Assembly (NCBI RefSeq): GCF_006345805.1
Contig: NW_021831287.1
Location: 62,001 to 126,000 of the forward strand
DNA: 64,000 bases
Direction: 5' to 3'
From: Octopus sinensis
Taxonomy: Eukaryota
Shown here one piece after another: positions 12,727 through 27,500 of the stretch. How positions within the stretch are numbered: position 1 is the stretch's first letter; each line of letters begins with the position of its first letter. A program made the position numbers and the translations under genes. Under the pieces are notes generated by a model. The model was not told the DNA's origin, made no database searches, and saw only the letters and a program-made list of their open reading frames with translations.

Positions 12727-12774
12727 ACTAATACTCATTATTAACCGTTCCTAACTAACAGTCAAATAATTAAA

Positions 12775-15000
12775 TTAGCAGCATTTTCTTTTCTTTGTGC
12801 CTGGTTCATCCCCCAAATTGCACGTCTGAATGTCTTCTTTTAGCAGGAGACACCTTAAGTCACTTCACGCCTCTCACCGCATTAAATACTCGACCGAACT
12901 CTTGACGTTGTAGTCCGTCTTGGCACTCACTTGGAAATAGAACGACCCCGTGTTCTGTGCTAAGGAAAAGGCATTCTTGGTTATTTGTGCTCTCCCATCC
13001 TCGCTCATCAAGTCGCTTTTGTTCCCCACGATTATGAACGTCTTTGCAGTCGAATCCTACATTTATCAGGTCAGTCCAACTTTGGCGCTCTCAATCCACT
13101 GTCGGACATTTCTGAAAGTTTCTTCCCTAGTTATGTCGAACATAATGATCAGAGCATCTGCCCGTCTGAAGTATTGGTTCGTCAGACTTCGAAATCTAAT
13201 TCCCTCTCCAATCGAAATTACTTTTCCTGTCCAGCCGTATCCCACAATTGAAGGTTTACTTCCTGGTCATCGATGGAGATCTTTTTGGTACGAAAGTCAA
13301 TTCCTTGAGATTATTACGACGCCCTAACCGATGGTGGGTGCAAAGGAGTCTTCAAAGTTCCCGTCGCACAGCCTTCGAATAAAACTGCTTTTACCCACGC
13401 CCGAGTCTCCGGCCAGCATTACTTTGTACGTCTTCTCCATTGGGAGATCCTATTTGGGTAGACAAAACAAGTACGTCGTCATTCCTGATTGTAATTGATT
13501 TGCACAATTTACTCCCCAAATCGGGTGCTGTTTGTACAGAGCATTCACTAATATATCCAACATCAAAAATGGACTTTGCACTTTCCAATGGAACGTCACT
13601 AAGCATTAGAAAAGTACTAACCCCTCGAACACATATTTGGACATGAGGGACCCTCTTCTTTCCTGGAAGGACTCTGACCGTGGCATGCAAAACGTCTGGA
13701 ATGTGATACGACATATTACTTCTCCCTCGTCTGTTTGGAGTGAAGGCTAAAATCACTGAATTCAGTCCCACTAAGAAATACATAGTTTCCGTCGCTCGCG
13801 AGATCCGTTCTGTCCAACAACTTTTTGTTCGTATCTCTGTGGGTTACTCAATAGACGTGCCTCAAGACGTCCAGTTGTTCCACCAAGTCCATTCGCTCGA
13901 TGACAATCTTCTCGGACATTCGCAGAGCTGCCCTGACAGTCAATTATTGGCTTGTACTTGGCCCGGTCCTTCTTCTCCACATCTTCCTTCGCCTGCAATT
14001 GTTGAATGTAAATTTGACAGTTCTTCAAATGCTTTTCCGTTTCGATCAATTTGAGATCCAATTGGTCCCTTTCCTGCAATGAAGGTGTCAAAATACCTTT
14101 CTGAGCATATCACTCGTGTAATCGGCATCCCTCGCATATTTGTGCTTGAACTTTGACTCCAACTGCATATTTACATTACTCTCACTTTTATTTGGTTTTG
14201 CAGCAATTCCTGGAGCTCCCGATCTCGTTCAGTCAGTTGGAGAGTGAAGTGTCGTTGGATCATCTCTTTTTCATTTTCTTTCTGTAAAGTGACGTAGCAA
14301 TGCAAAGAACCGCTTTTGATAGTGCTTGGAGCTCATTTTCCATGTTTTCTTCCATCTCACTGTACAGTTGACTGATTTGGGTCTCGTGTTTGAGGATCAG
14401 TCTAACTGTCTTCAACTAACCATACGTGTTCATTTCGGTTTCCATCGTGTCCAACTTTTTTTGAGAAATCTCCAATTTGTGGGAAATTTGACTGACAAAA
14501 AGTTCAAAGTCCGCCAGCATCTGCCCACTGCCGCACCTTCTGAGTTCTTCCCAAATGGTCCGCAGTCTCTCCTTGCTGAACAATAAGCAAAATATTTTAC
14601 TTTCCCAACAAGTCTTTTATTCCCAAGTTCATTAAAGCCTGAGAAAATGTTTTTTGGGTCGCATATTGTCGCTGTCGCTGTTCGGCATTGAGGACAGGCT
14701 TACATTCGAAGGCCTCTGTCCGGGCACATATAAGTTCTGTTTAATACAACAAGACTAACCAAATCCGTTCACAAACTCTTCAATGCTCAACTGAGAATTG
14801 CCATCCACGTCCAGCATTTCAAAAACTCTCTCCAAATGTTCTGCAGGCATGGAAATACTGTCACTGAGACGAAACATGTCTTGTTTGACAATGTATCCTT
14901 TGTTGTCTTTGTCGCATACTGAAAACAGTTCGCATATTTTCTCTTTCAGCAACTCTTTGAAATCTGTAGACTCCATTATTCCATTACTCGACTCTTCCAT
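12775..15000 (-). CDS. Large Rab GTPase: EF-hands + coiled coil + Rab domain (CRACR2A/RASEF family)
   Basis: N-terminal EF-hand pair ([29 protein letters not shown]) and a long coiled coil. Rab motifs [12 protein letters not shown]|[17 protein letters not shown] and SAK; C-terminal KRKCC* prenylation motif. Start approximate. Confidence 0.9.
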
Positions 15001-15139
15001 TTGCACATATTTTGCAATCCATTGATTAATAATCCGTTCTGTCCACAGATGGCATTCTTCGATTGATCATTATACCACTTGGCTTTCTTTTTTTGCCATT
15101 CTTATTTCATAATAAGCCGGGAAACCCACTCTCCTATTC

Positions 15140-15216
15140 GCAGAGTGATGATAACTGTATCGATCAAAACTAAGAAACAGACAAGAATATTTTGAGCACC
15201 ATCTTTCACTGATATA
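15140..15216 (+). ncRNA. Candidate box C/D snoRNA (LSU rRNA guide)
   Basis: GTGATGA at 15145-15151 and CTGA at 15209-15212. The 11 nt CACCATCTTTC just upstream of box D are complementary to conserved LSU GAAAGATGGTG. No good terminal stem. Confidence 0.3.
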
Positions 15217-15579
15217 CACTCCATAAACATTATAGTACTGGATTAAACATCACAAAAGTACTCCAAACACCCCTCAATTCTGTTTCCACAATTCCGAACG
15301 TGCCAACACATGTTCACTATCCAGGTAGGCTAACCGAGATTGACACTCCTGTAGTTAGAATAGACCTGACCTCACACGGAAAGCTATTTTTTGCACAATG
15401 ATACTCCAAACAATTTTTGACCTCAAAAAACTTGAGCATATTTATGCTTTAAACCGATCTTTAAATAATAATATTATAAACTAATTCAATATTTTTAAAT
15501 ATTTATATAAAATAAATAAATTTAGACGTGGCCCCAAAATTCTGTTTAGAGTTTTATTCCGGAAAACAATTTAGACAAA

Positions 15580-17550
15580 ATGGAAACCAATGACGGATCT
15601 GCAATTGTCTATTTTTCTCTCACCGTGATGTTGGTATTGCTAATTCCATCAACCTACTACCTCATTCAATCATATCTGAAACCACGTTATCTCAACCTGA
15701 CTATTTACAGAACAAAATACCCGAAAACATGCCTGCAATTGTACTCCCTGTCTTAAAAAACAGTCATTCTGCCGACCATCGTCCTCAAAAAGTCACAAAA
15801 TGTGAAATATGCCAGAAATATCTCCAGGGCTTTATTAATAGTATTGGGATGGGTTGTGTTCTCCTGGATGTGTCTCTCAGTGTCCCCCACAGACAAGTCC
15901 CCCCACTCATTCGACCCCTTCGCCATTCTGGGAGTGGACGTGGTGAGTCCCCCTCCCCATCCTAGGGCTCTTCCGTGGCGGAAATAAAGGACCAGTACCG
16001 TCGACTGAGCAAAAAATTCCACCCTGACCGAGGAGGGGACGCCCAAACATTTATGAGCATCACAAAGGCCTACCAGACGTACCCTCCCCTCTCACCCCAG
16101 TCTGATGAAACCAGAAATGAAGGAGAATTGGGAGATGTACGGCAACCCCGATGGGCCAGGGGAGGTCACATTCGGGACAGTCCTCCCTGAGTGGGTCACT
16201 CGGCAGGAGAATAGGAAATATGTAAGTTGGGGGGTGGATTGTAGATATTCCTGTTGTATTTGTGTCTGGTGGTGTCCGTGGTCCCGTTGATTCTGATGTA
16301 TTCGCGGAATAAGTGCAGTGACGGAGTGATGGACGACACACGCAGACTGATGGGATATTTCTTCCATAAACACTCCGACATGACCGTGGAAAGTACTTGT
16401 TTGCCTCATTCAGGACTCCTTATTTGTCTTTCTGGGTCATTCGAGTTCCACGGACTCCCTCGAAGGACGAGTGATGCAGAGGACATGCCTCGACTACTCA
16501 AACTTGTCCCCACGGCGGGGACTCGGCAGGGGGAGAACATCCTCAACCAGCCTTTCAGTATCAAAGTCCGTACTCTCCTTTACTCTCATTTGGAGAGGAT
16601 TGATTTGAGTAGTACTGCTATGTTGGGAGGTGGGGATATGTGCTATGTGTAGATCAACGAATTGTCCTTACGACGTGTCCTCTGCTTGTTTTGGAACTGA
16701 GTAATGTGTTCAGTAATTTCGTGTCGATGGCTCACGGGGGACATGGTTGAGTGCTGTAATGTTCCCAGTCACCCACGAACCATCCATTCAGACACTCGAG
16801 AATATTATTCGTCTGTCTGTCCATTTAGTCCAGGCACTCCCTCTCGATGATTTGTCTCCTTTCCTTCAATTGCCCTACCTCGACCAGTCCAGTGTCCGCA
16901 GGGTGGTGGGAAGGAAGGTGACCTCTCTTTTTTATTGTTAGAAAATGGGTGTCCGTTCTCTGTCTGATCTGGCCAATGTGCCCAACTTATCCACATGTCT
17001 GTCCTTCCTGTCCGACCAGGAGTTGTGTGTTCTCAAGAGTGTTCTCTTCTCTCTCCCCGTCCTTGAGTTGTCTAGTAATATATATGGTTAGTTGTGTGGC
17101 AGTCATGTGTAGTGGCTGAGGACGAGAAGGAGGAGAGGACAATCACTCCCCTCTCGATTGTGACCTTTGCCATCACACTCGTCCGTAGTCCACTTGGAGA
17201 GGACACCCAACCCACCCACATTGTGCACTGTCCTTATTTCCCCAAAGAGGTGTGTGAGTCGTGGGCTGTGTATGTGTCGTGTGGGAGGAGTTTGGTGACT
17301 CAATGCGTGTTGGTGGCCGATTTGGTGGATCACAAGACGGTTGAGTGGCATCGTCCATCTAATAGGTTCAACTAAAAATGACTGCTCCTGTGAAGACGGG
17401 GACATATGTCTACTCGGTGTGTGTTCGGTCAATGTGTTATGCCGGCTTGGATGTGTGTCAGTCCGTCCAGGTTGTCGATTGGTGTTAGTTCAGATGGTTG
17501 TGTCAGGCTGTCCTCCCGAATTGAGTGATGTTGAGGAAAGTGATTATTAA
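15580..17550 (+). CDS. SEC63: Translocon protein SEC63
   Basis: N-terminal TM (AIVYFFSTVMLVLLIPSTYY), CNCTPC, J domain DPFAILGV..YRRLSKKFHPDRGG, NWEMYGNPDGPG and Sec63/Brl blocks (LPFLQLPYL, HCPYFP). Confidence 0.92.
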
Positions 17551-17578
17551 CATTGTTTTTCATAAAAAGAAAGAAGTG

Positions 17579-18721
17579 TTAGCAGGCGCTTCTCCTTTTG
17601 ATGATTTCCCCCGCACTCCTGCAGGCATACTCCACACACACCTCCAACGACCGACCACCCGACAGTCCGTATAAGAACCCTTTGGTGGTCACGGCACTAC
17701 AACCCCCCATGAAGGCGTCTCCTGCCCCGTTTGTGTTGACGATTTCGGTCTGGTTGATGGAAGGAGGGCTATATCGGACAATCTCCCCCTCTGAAGTGTC
17801 AGGGGGGAAAGAACTGTGGAATATGGTGATCTTGTTAGGCCCGTCGGTGATTACCACCGTCCTCTGTCTCGATTTATTTAGTTTGGGGAGGAGGGCCATA
17901 GTCCGAGCAATCTCAGTCACGTCCTCAAAGAAAATGCCCAGATTAAATGAGTCGACAAATGCCTCGCATTCCTTAAATAAATAAGCCTAAATACTTGTAA
18001 ATTGCCGAAACAGACGTCGACTTTGGGGAATAACTCCCTTTGCTGGACACATGCCGAGACGGAAATGAATTCTGCTCCCAGATTGTAGCAGAATATTTTG
18101 CCGAATTCAACAGCGTGGTCTGCCATGATTGTTATGGCCTCGGCAGTTTTGAGCAGGTCGTAGCCCTGTTGTAACACATCTGGTCTTACTGTTGTATAGA
18201 ATAGACCACTGTTGAACAATTGCTCCATTACTTGTGGCTGCATTACATATTCCGTGGACAGCATATCCCCAGCTCCCCCGCGAGTCACCATCGACCTGGA
18301 TTAGCCACAGTCACCCACCTGTCCAGTCCACTGATAAGCACAGCACAGCTACCAGTGGGAGTTCCATCAGTGGCCACATCGAGGTAGCTTTTTATGTTCG
18401 ACTTGGTAATAAAACGTCTCAATTTTTGTCCCATCAAATCGTCCCCCACACAGGAGATGTAGGACACTTCTCCCGATGACAGGCCTTTGAGAACGGCAGA
18501 AGTGTTGAACCCCGAGCCTCCTGGAGAGAGTGTCACGTCCTCTGCTGTCATTAGAGCGTCAAATCTGAGTTTTGAGAGAGAAAGAACAGTTCGTCGTGGA
18601 ATGGCAGGGAGCGAATTGCTCCGTCGGGTTTGAGTCCAAATTGGGCTACGAAAGTGGGAGTGACATCGGCGACAATGTCCATGAGGATGGCTCCCATGCC
18701 GACACATGCAATATGGCACAT
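17579..18721 (-). CDS. ADK: Adenosine kinase (PfkB family)
   Basis: CVGMGAILMDI, PGGSGFNT, SCVGDDLMG, TGSCAVLI, VCFGN, RTVVIT and NTNGAGDAFMGG signatures. Confidence 0.92.
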
Positions 18722-18883
18722 ATCAGTTACGCTTTAGAGTAGTCATTAATAATGACCTACATGTCGGACTTGACCCAATATTTATGTCGAACCGTTTCTC
18801 TCATTTAATTGATATATTTTAATTGGTTTTAATAATTGGCTTCATATAAGAAACACAAATTAAGTTCAAATCCATTTATTTCC

Positions 18884-19956
18884 ATGTTTCCCAACGTTCC
18901 AGATTTGTCCGAAATAATATTCAGTCGTAACTCCCTTATCCTCTACGCCATCTGCCTCTTTTTCTCCATCGTCAGATCATATGCTGTCGGGTTGTCTTAC
19001 AAGTCAGGGAGTGACCGCCTGGACGGAAAAACCGTCATAATCACGGGGGGACTGACAGGAATTGGTAGGTCGTCCACAATCAAACTCGCCAACTTGGGGG
19101 CACGTGTTGTCGTCGGTGCCAGAAATCTTTCTGCACGTGCAAGCGAGATTGCCTCAATAAAGGAAATGTGTGACCCCAAAAATCTCAGATTCCTGGAATT
19201 GGATGTTTCCTCTTTCCAAAGCATTCGCGACTTTGTCCAGATTTTTAAGGAAGAGGAGAACGGACTCGACATTCTAATCAACAACGCGGGAATAATGTGT
19301 CACCCCGAGTCCCAGTCCGTCGACGGAATTGAACTTCACATGGCAACCAACTTTCTGGGTTCTATCGAGCTTATAAAATCTCAGGTCCCGTGCTTCTGAC
19401 AAAACTTGTGATGGAGGCAATTCGACCTGGTGGAAAGATCGTTAATCTGGTTTCCAGTGCAATGTCCATTGTCTCGGTTGACCCCGAGGACATTGAGAAT
19501 TCCACGGCCGAGTACGACCCTGGGAATGCTTTTGCACGGAGCAAACTATTTCTGACTATTTACAGTCGATTCCTGGCCGAGCAAGTCGACGGTGTCTGTC
19601 TTTGCTGATTTTTACAGGCAAGACATTCACAGTCAACTGTCTGCACCCGGGGGTCGTTCTTACGGGAATTCATAGGAATCTGACATTTCGCAAAAATTGG
19701 TTCGTTAGGATTTCGACCTACCCGATCTGCTGGCTTCTCATGAAATATCCGAACCAGGCCTCCGAGGCGGTCGCCATGTTGGCCGCAAGTCCAGAATTCG
19801 AAGGGAAGACGGGGATTTACATTTCGTAATTCATTCCCTTAATTTCTAAGAGGTTGCAACAGAGCCGAGTTCCCTGAGGAGACTTCCGGAGAGGAAGCCC
19901 GCATTGCCGTCTGCGATTATGCTGACAAAATACTCAGCAATTATTTGATTGATTAA
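18884..19956 (+). CDS. Retinol dehydrogenase 12/13/14-like short-chain dehydrogenase
   Basis: N-terminal membrane anchor, GKTVIITGGLTGIG, LDILINNAG, VNLVSS and LHPGVVLT. The YxxxK motif reads FARSK. Confidence 0.88.
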
Positions 19957-19969
19957 ATTTAGTTGCTTG

Positions 19970-20303
19970 TTATAAACTAATGGTTGCATTTTTACAATCG
20001 TTTGATGGTTTGAGAAGAAACCATAATTCATCAATTTCAATTACTGCACTATTACTGACCGCAATTGTCTCCTCTCGGTCCTTTAGTTGTTTCCTTGATG
20101 AGATTCGACGTTCACCGCAGTGATGGACGGTTTAAGAGACTGGTGTCAGGCCGCGCCATGACTAGGCAGATAAGGTCTAACTGACAAAATTTAAGTGAGA
20201 AATAGCGGAATACTGCCAAACATATTAAGCTTATTCCCGTCGTGATTAAGAACAGAAATAAAAAGAAATTGATTAATTTGGAAATGAATAAACTATATAT
20301 CAT
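19970..20303 (-). CDS. Hypothetical small single-pass membrane protein
   Basis: ATG at 20303 followed by hydrophobic FFLFLFLITTGISLICLAVF. Plausible 24-nt and 22-nt GT-AG introns extend it to TAA at 19970. No recognised family. Confidence 0.4.
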
Positions 20304-20339
20304 TTATATTGTCGTGGCACTTGTAGTTGTGATAAACCA

Positions 20340-21288
20340 ATGGATGAACTGATTAACAAGTTTAAATATAAAAATATAAAATTCACTCAGCGTACCCGAC
20401 AATCACCCTCAACGTGATCCTTCCCCGGGGAGGTTCTTAGCCTTCATGACAGCCTTCTTGGTCGGGCAGATCCTCATCGTGGAATGGAAGCGGAGGTGGT
20501 TCCACTCATACCAAGTCTCCTCAGTGGTCAAACTCCTTAGATAACCACCCTAATCCTCGTCTGGCTGTTTCCTCCAATTCTATTCTTCAAAAACTACATC
20601 TTCCTCTTCTTCTGGAGTATCTTCTCTCTGTGGATGACCATGCTGTACTTCTTCACACTCTCCCGACGAGTGTCCCCCTCCACCCCCCGCCTGATCTACG
20701 GGGGACTCAACGTGGCCTTCAAGACCCTCGGACTCATGTCGGGGACAGCCATGATCGTGTTCTTCTTTACTTTCTGTGCCATCCCCTTCCTCAAGGAAAC
20801 CGTCTCGCAACCCCTGGTGGTGACGGCCGTCCAAATTATGTTCTACGGATGTTACTTTGGACTGCTTTCCCGCGACTTTGGTGACATATTCCTCCAACGA
20901 ATGGCTGTCCACATCGGGGTACCCTCTTTCCACCCATTCCTAGTACGTTTGCGACGACGGGGGTCTCCCAGTGCGGAATTTAGAGGGAGGGCAGTGTGCC
21001 ATTTGTGGAGTAATAATTGACTCAACCATCAGTGGGGAGTCCGCGATATCCCTCAATTGTGGACACGTCTTCCACGAGTTGTGTATTCGTGGGTGGTGTA
21101 TCATCGGCAAAAAGCATACATGTCCTTACTGTCGAGAACATGTCAATCTGAGACAAGTCTTTAAAAGTCCGTGGGAGCAGTTTGAAATAGCCTTTGCGGA
21201 CATTCTGGATTTTATGAGATATGTGCTTGGATGGCTGCCCTGTCTTTGTGGACTGACTATCGTTATTATCACCCTTTTTAAACTTTAA
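20340..21288 (+). CDS. RNF121: RING finger protein 121/175
   Basis: GQILIVEWKRRW, TPRLIY, FYGCYFGLLSRDF and RING-H2 CAICG..LNCGHVFHELCIRGWCIIGKKHTCPYCRE..PWE. Start inferred through a 31-nt first intron. Confidence 0.9.
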
Positions 21289-21315
21289 ATAATGTTAGTC
21301 GATTAGTAAGGGGAG

Positions 21316-23049
<1,734 letters not shown>

Positions 23050-23601
23050 TTCCAATTTAATCTTTATTGAGATGTACTAAATATAGAACAAACCACCAGA
23101 TATTAATAATTATTTACGTTTATAAATATTCGCAATATATATGCCGCATAATTTTCATTTATATATTCGAAATTTATTTGTTTAAACCGTTTCTTGTCAA
23201 ATCAAGTTCTCTTTTTTCCCTAATTAAATCAATTGCCTATCAACCACATCGATTGGGGGTTGCCCCACCCTCGTCGTCCCACATGGCGTGATTGTCATTA
23301 CTAATATCTATTCTTGTTTTAACATCTTTCACGATGACTTTTCCAGATGAAATGAGTTTATTCTTCTCCGAATTGCCGTAGTAAAGACATTGGTCTGTCC
23401 ACAATTTTGGAAAGACCAAACATCAAAGCGCCGAATTTTGTAAAAAATATAAATCTTTGAACTTTCAAAGGACAAAAAGTCCCTTAATTAATTTAATCAG
23501 TAAATAATAAAGCATTATTGTCTGGTTATACAGTCAATTAGGTTTGTGGACAGTGGTCTCCACTTTTATTATCGACTTGAGAACATTAAATATGAGTTTG
23601 T

Positions 23602-24446
23602 TCACTTTGACCTTATTTCGTCCCCCGAGGGAACACACTCTGCATCCACAAGTTGGTAATTCACTGGAAACTCCTAAAAGTGAATGTCCTCAAACTGCCT
23701 TGATTCCTCCAGAGAAGGGGATTTCGCTTTTCTTGCTGCATAGACTGCAAAGGACAATCCAATAAGTCCGTGCCAGTGACACTCTCACACACATCTCGCA
23801 CATGCAATCCCCGCAGTACAGCGTTCGGGGTTTCCTCGTCCCGTTGTCGTAACTGCCATCATTCGGGGATACTACCATTTCCTACATTTGGGACATTTTG
23901 TGTCCCCCCGGTCGACATTTTGAGCTTTGACGATCTCCATTGAACTTGTGGACATTTCAGGTTCTTCCATTCGATGATTGACTGCCAGAATATCTTTAGA
24001 AATGGCCTCATAGAGTCTTTCATCGGGCGTGGTCGTATCTGTGGTAGATGTGAACAAAGGACTCAGCAGTTTTCTTTTGCTGAAAGTAAGCATTCTGTGT
24101 ATTAAAGATCTGCCTGGTAATACTGCACTCACTTTCGTTGTTTTATTTCCACTTTCAGTTTGGGGATGTCCTTAAATTTGATTTTAGACGTCCTTTCTGA
24201 TTTGTCTTCTCCCACTAGCAGGTCTCCAGAAAGAATAGCAGCAGGCATTTCCTTCATTTCACTTTGGGTACTAAACTCCCTGCATGCTGATAACCCCGTT
24301 TCGGCGGAGACAAATGATCCTTGTGACTTATTTTCTTGGTCAATGGAGGATAATTGCTGGACAATTTGATGGCAGATTTCATGCAACTCGGCAACCCTCA
24401 GTGCCATCTGATTTATCAATCCGCGGATAGTTTGATCATCAACCAT
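23602..24446 (-). CDS. Coiled-coil protein with C-terminal RING-like finger
   Basis: After splicing: CPKCRKCYDNGTRKPRTLYCGDCMCEMCV..LCSLC..FPVNYQL, the RING-HC/TRIM-like spacing with Asp at the His position. Confidence 0.7.
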
Positions 24447-24581
24447 ATTGGAGTGTCATTCTATAAATGGCGCAATCTGTGTTATTTGTCACCTAATGGA
24501 TTATCAATTCCCCTAATTGAGTGACGGAGAATATTATTGATCCTCCCTCCTCAATCAATGGGGTATTCCCCACTAAGAGTA

Positions 24582-27500
24582 TCAACACAAGTCCTCAATC
24601 TCATCAAATACATCTTCGTCCACACCCCCAACACCCACTTCTCGTCTAATCCTGTCCAACATATCCCGACTGACGTACTCGCTCACCCTCCTCCCCAATT
24701 CCCTCTCCAACACAGCCACATGTTCATAGGCCTTCCTCCAGTCCTCGAAGGAGTAGTACAATCCACATAAATAAGCACGGACATGAACAGTACGGACTGC
24801 CCGGTCTATTCCAGGCTCCTCTAACAGTTGCCGACACTTCTGTTCTTCTTCCCCCTTCATTCTGCCCCCCACAACTCCATCAAACACACTCGCCAATCTG
24901 ATCCTTTCACGTAAATCAGCAATGTTCTCGTCGTAGTTCTCCCTCTCTTCCATCTTCTCTTGCAAATTCCCGCCCAAACCAATTCGATCTCCAAAATGTG
25001 GGCTCATCTGGGGGCCTCGCTTAGGAATGTCAGCAGAATTAGCCTTTTGGTAGTACCCGATGGCCTCACCCCAGGCCAATGTGGCCTTGTTGTAATCTCG
25101 ATACTCATCAATCTCCAATTGGGCACATGCACAGTAAAAATTGGCAATCAAATGATGTGCTTTGGCCTTCGAATAAAGTCTCAGAATCTCCTTCATCAAA
25201 CTGGGTGTTTCACTCCAATTTAAAGACTGAAGATAATTTCCCGCCATTATGTATAATTGAGGGTCACGTGATAGGTTTGCCACTCTAAGCACTCTTTCCG
25301 TGTCTCCTCCTCTTATTAGAGCCTTCAGAGCATTCTCTGTCTGCCCGGAGAGAGTGTACAGTCGACTGGCCACTTCATATTGGCCATTATTCATGCAATT
25401 TAAAGCCAAAGAAGAAATTGTGCTCTCATGCAAAGAGGACCTCTTCTGAGTTTCCAACTTTGACAGAATTTTAAAAGATAGTTGAGGAGTCAGCACTATT
25501 TTGTGAGTATTGCACAGTTCGAGGGCATCACAGGGTTGTCCGGAGTTTATTAGGACAGTGATTGCCTTTTCAATGTGCCCTTTATTAACAAAGTACTCCG
25601 CACAGTAAGACACCATCTCAGGATCAGTACTATTCACTGACTTTCCAACAGGATCCCCATCCTATAAAAATATAATAAGCATCACTAAAATGTTAATATT
25701 TTTCGCGCTATCGTTTAAATAATTTATTACACATGCGGTTAGCCGGTTTAAAAATAAAAAATACAGTGTCCAAAGCAAAGCTGTCGGCGAGTTCTTGAAA
25801 GGAAGTAAGATGGTCAATATGGAGGGCCAGCTCGAATGCTTTCGACAAGTCCCCAATCTGAATACATGCACTGTCAACCAACCTGCTGATACAACGTGAT
25901 TGCCCTTTCCTCCATTCCAGGAATATCCTTCAATTCGAGTGCTACTTTCCGTGCCTCCCCTGGGAGTGCCTTCCCAGCCAGAATTGCCATCTCCGAATAA
26001 GACTGACTGGCCTACTGGACTGACCACACTACGACTGCCCTCAGCAGACGGATTGCCTTGGAATAACACTCTCCTTTCTTGTAGTACTCGATTGCTCTCC
26101 CAATCTCCCCCTCGTTTTCATAGTACTTCCCAATGTAGATGTAACACACTGGGTGACCACATTTGTCACTCATCTCCAATGCCTGAAGGTTAAGGATAGT
26201 CCAACCTCCTCTATTCTGTTGCACTGACACAGTACTGACACAGCTGACTCAATGTCACCAATGGCCGTCAATAAGGATATTCCCGCTTTTACTTTCTTAC
26301 AATTTATTAATACATTTGCCAACGACTTTTTCATTTTACTAAATAATTAAAATAATAAAAAACATATTATTCCCCTGTTCTATTTTTTGCCTTAAAATAG
26401 GCAGGGAACTCTCATCTGGCTTGAACCACAAATTATTCACTTCCAGACCACCCGCCCCATCGCATAATTCGGGCCAGTAATTAAGCATATTCTCCACTTC
26501 CTTCGAGCCTTCCAAGTGCTTTGCCCTTCGAAGCCTAATTACTGCTTCCTGCATTTTGTGAGACTCCTGGGCGACTTGCAAAGCCTAATATTGATAATTA
26601 CAAATTACTTTTCCCCAGTCTCCCGAACATTGATATAACTCGGTCAGCTTGGACCCTGCCAGCAGATCAGAGAACTACCAAATATGCCAACAATATACCT
26701 CCTCTCCCACACACCCTGCCAAAACTCCCAGGATGACGTCATCAGACTCGTTCTTTACTGCCCTGTAGGCTAACAGAGAACACGTGTCCTCTAATTTGGC
26801 GAGGCAGGTGAGACAGAGCTTGATTTTTCTGTATTTGACACACAATTTGGCCATCTTCTTCCAAACCACCTTCCTTCAATTAAAATACAATTCCCCACTC
26901 TGTCACATGTCCTATAGACTTGACAGCCTCCTCCAAACTGCCAGTCGTAGACAGATAGGCAAATTCCATCATGTCAGAATGTTCTATAACATGCAACAAC
27001 AAAGCCACTTAATTTTCCCTCCAAATTTCGAAAAGTATGGACAACCAAATCCGAAGACACGTGATCAAATCCCAGGGAATTAGTCTACCATTCACATATA
27101 AAAACAAACTTGGCTAACAAAATAGACAGAAAGGAGAGACATCCCCGCCAGCAGCCTAAACGTGGAGGGAGCTGCCAATGTCTCAACCAAGAGCAATCCT
27201 TTGGGCGAACAGGCAAGGATAGCCAGACCATATATGTTCTAGAATATTCGAGAACATTCTACATTGTTTTTGGATTGACAGACAATAAATCGACTGTCAT
27301 CCTCATCCCAGGCGTGTCTCGTCGCACAGCACTGCAAGGATTTGACTTGTTTGGTCACCACATCCACAACAAATAAGCGGGAATCCACTTGTCCTCTGAT
27401 CTGTTAATAGAACACCCACAAACAACATTCTTAACAAGGAGAGACACATAATTCCCCCCAGAATTGCACTTTACATCCACAAACTCCCCAAAGTCCTCCA

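Noticed and set aside
17720-17760. ADK NTNGAGD instead of DTNGAGD as loss of function
   Set aside because: Asn is tolerated at this PfkB signature position and the catalytic GAGD Asp is intact.
23170-23470. ~60-codon open frame between UGP2 and the RING gene
   Set aside because: No start codon or usable splice acceptor, and no recognised homology; left unassigned.
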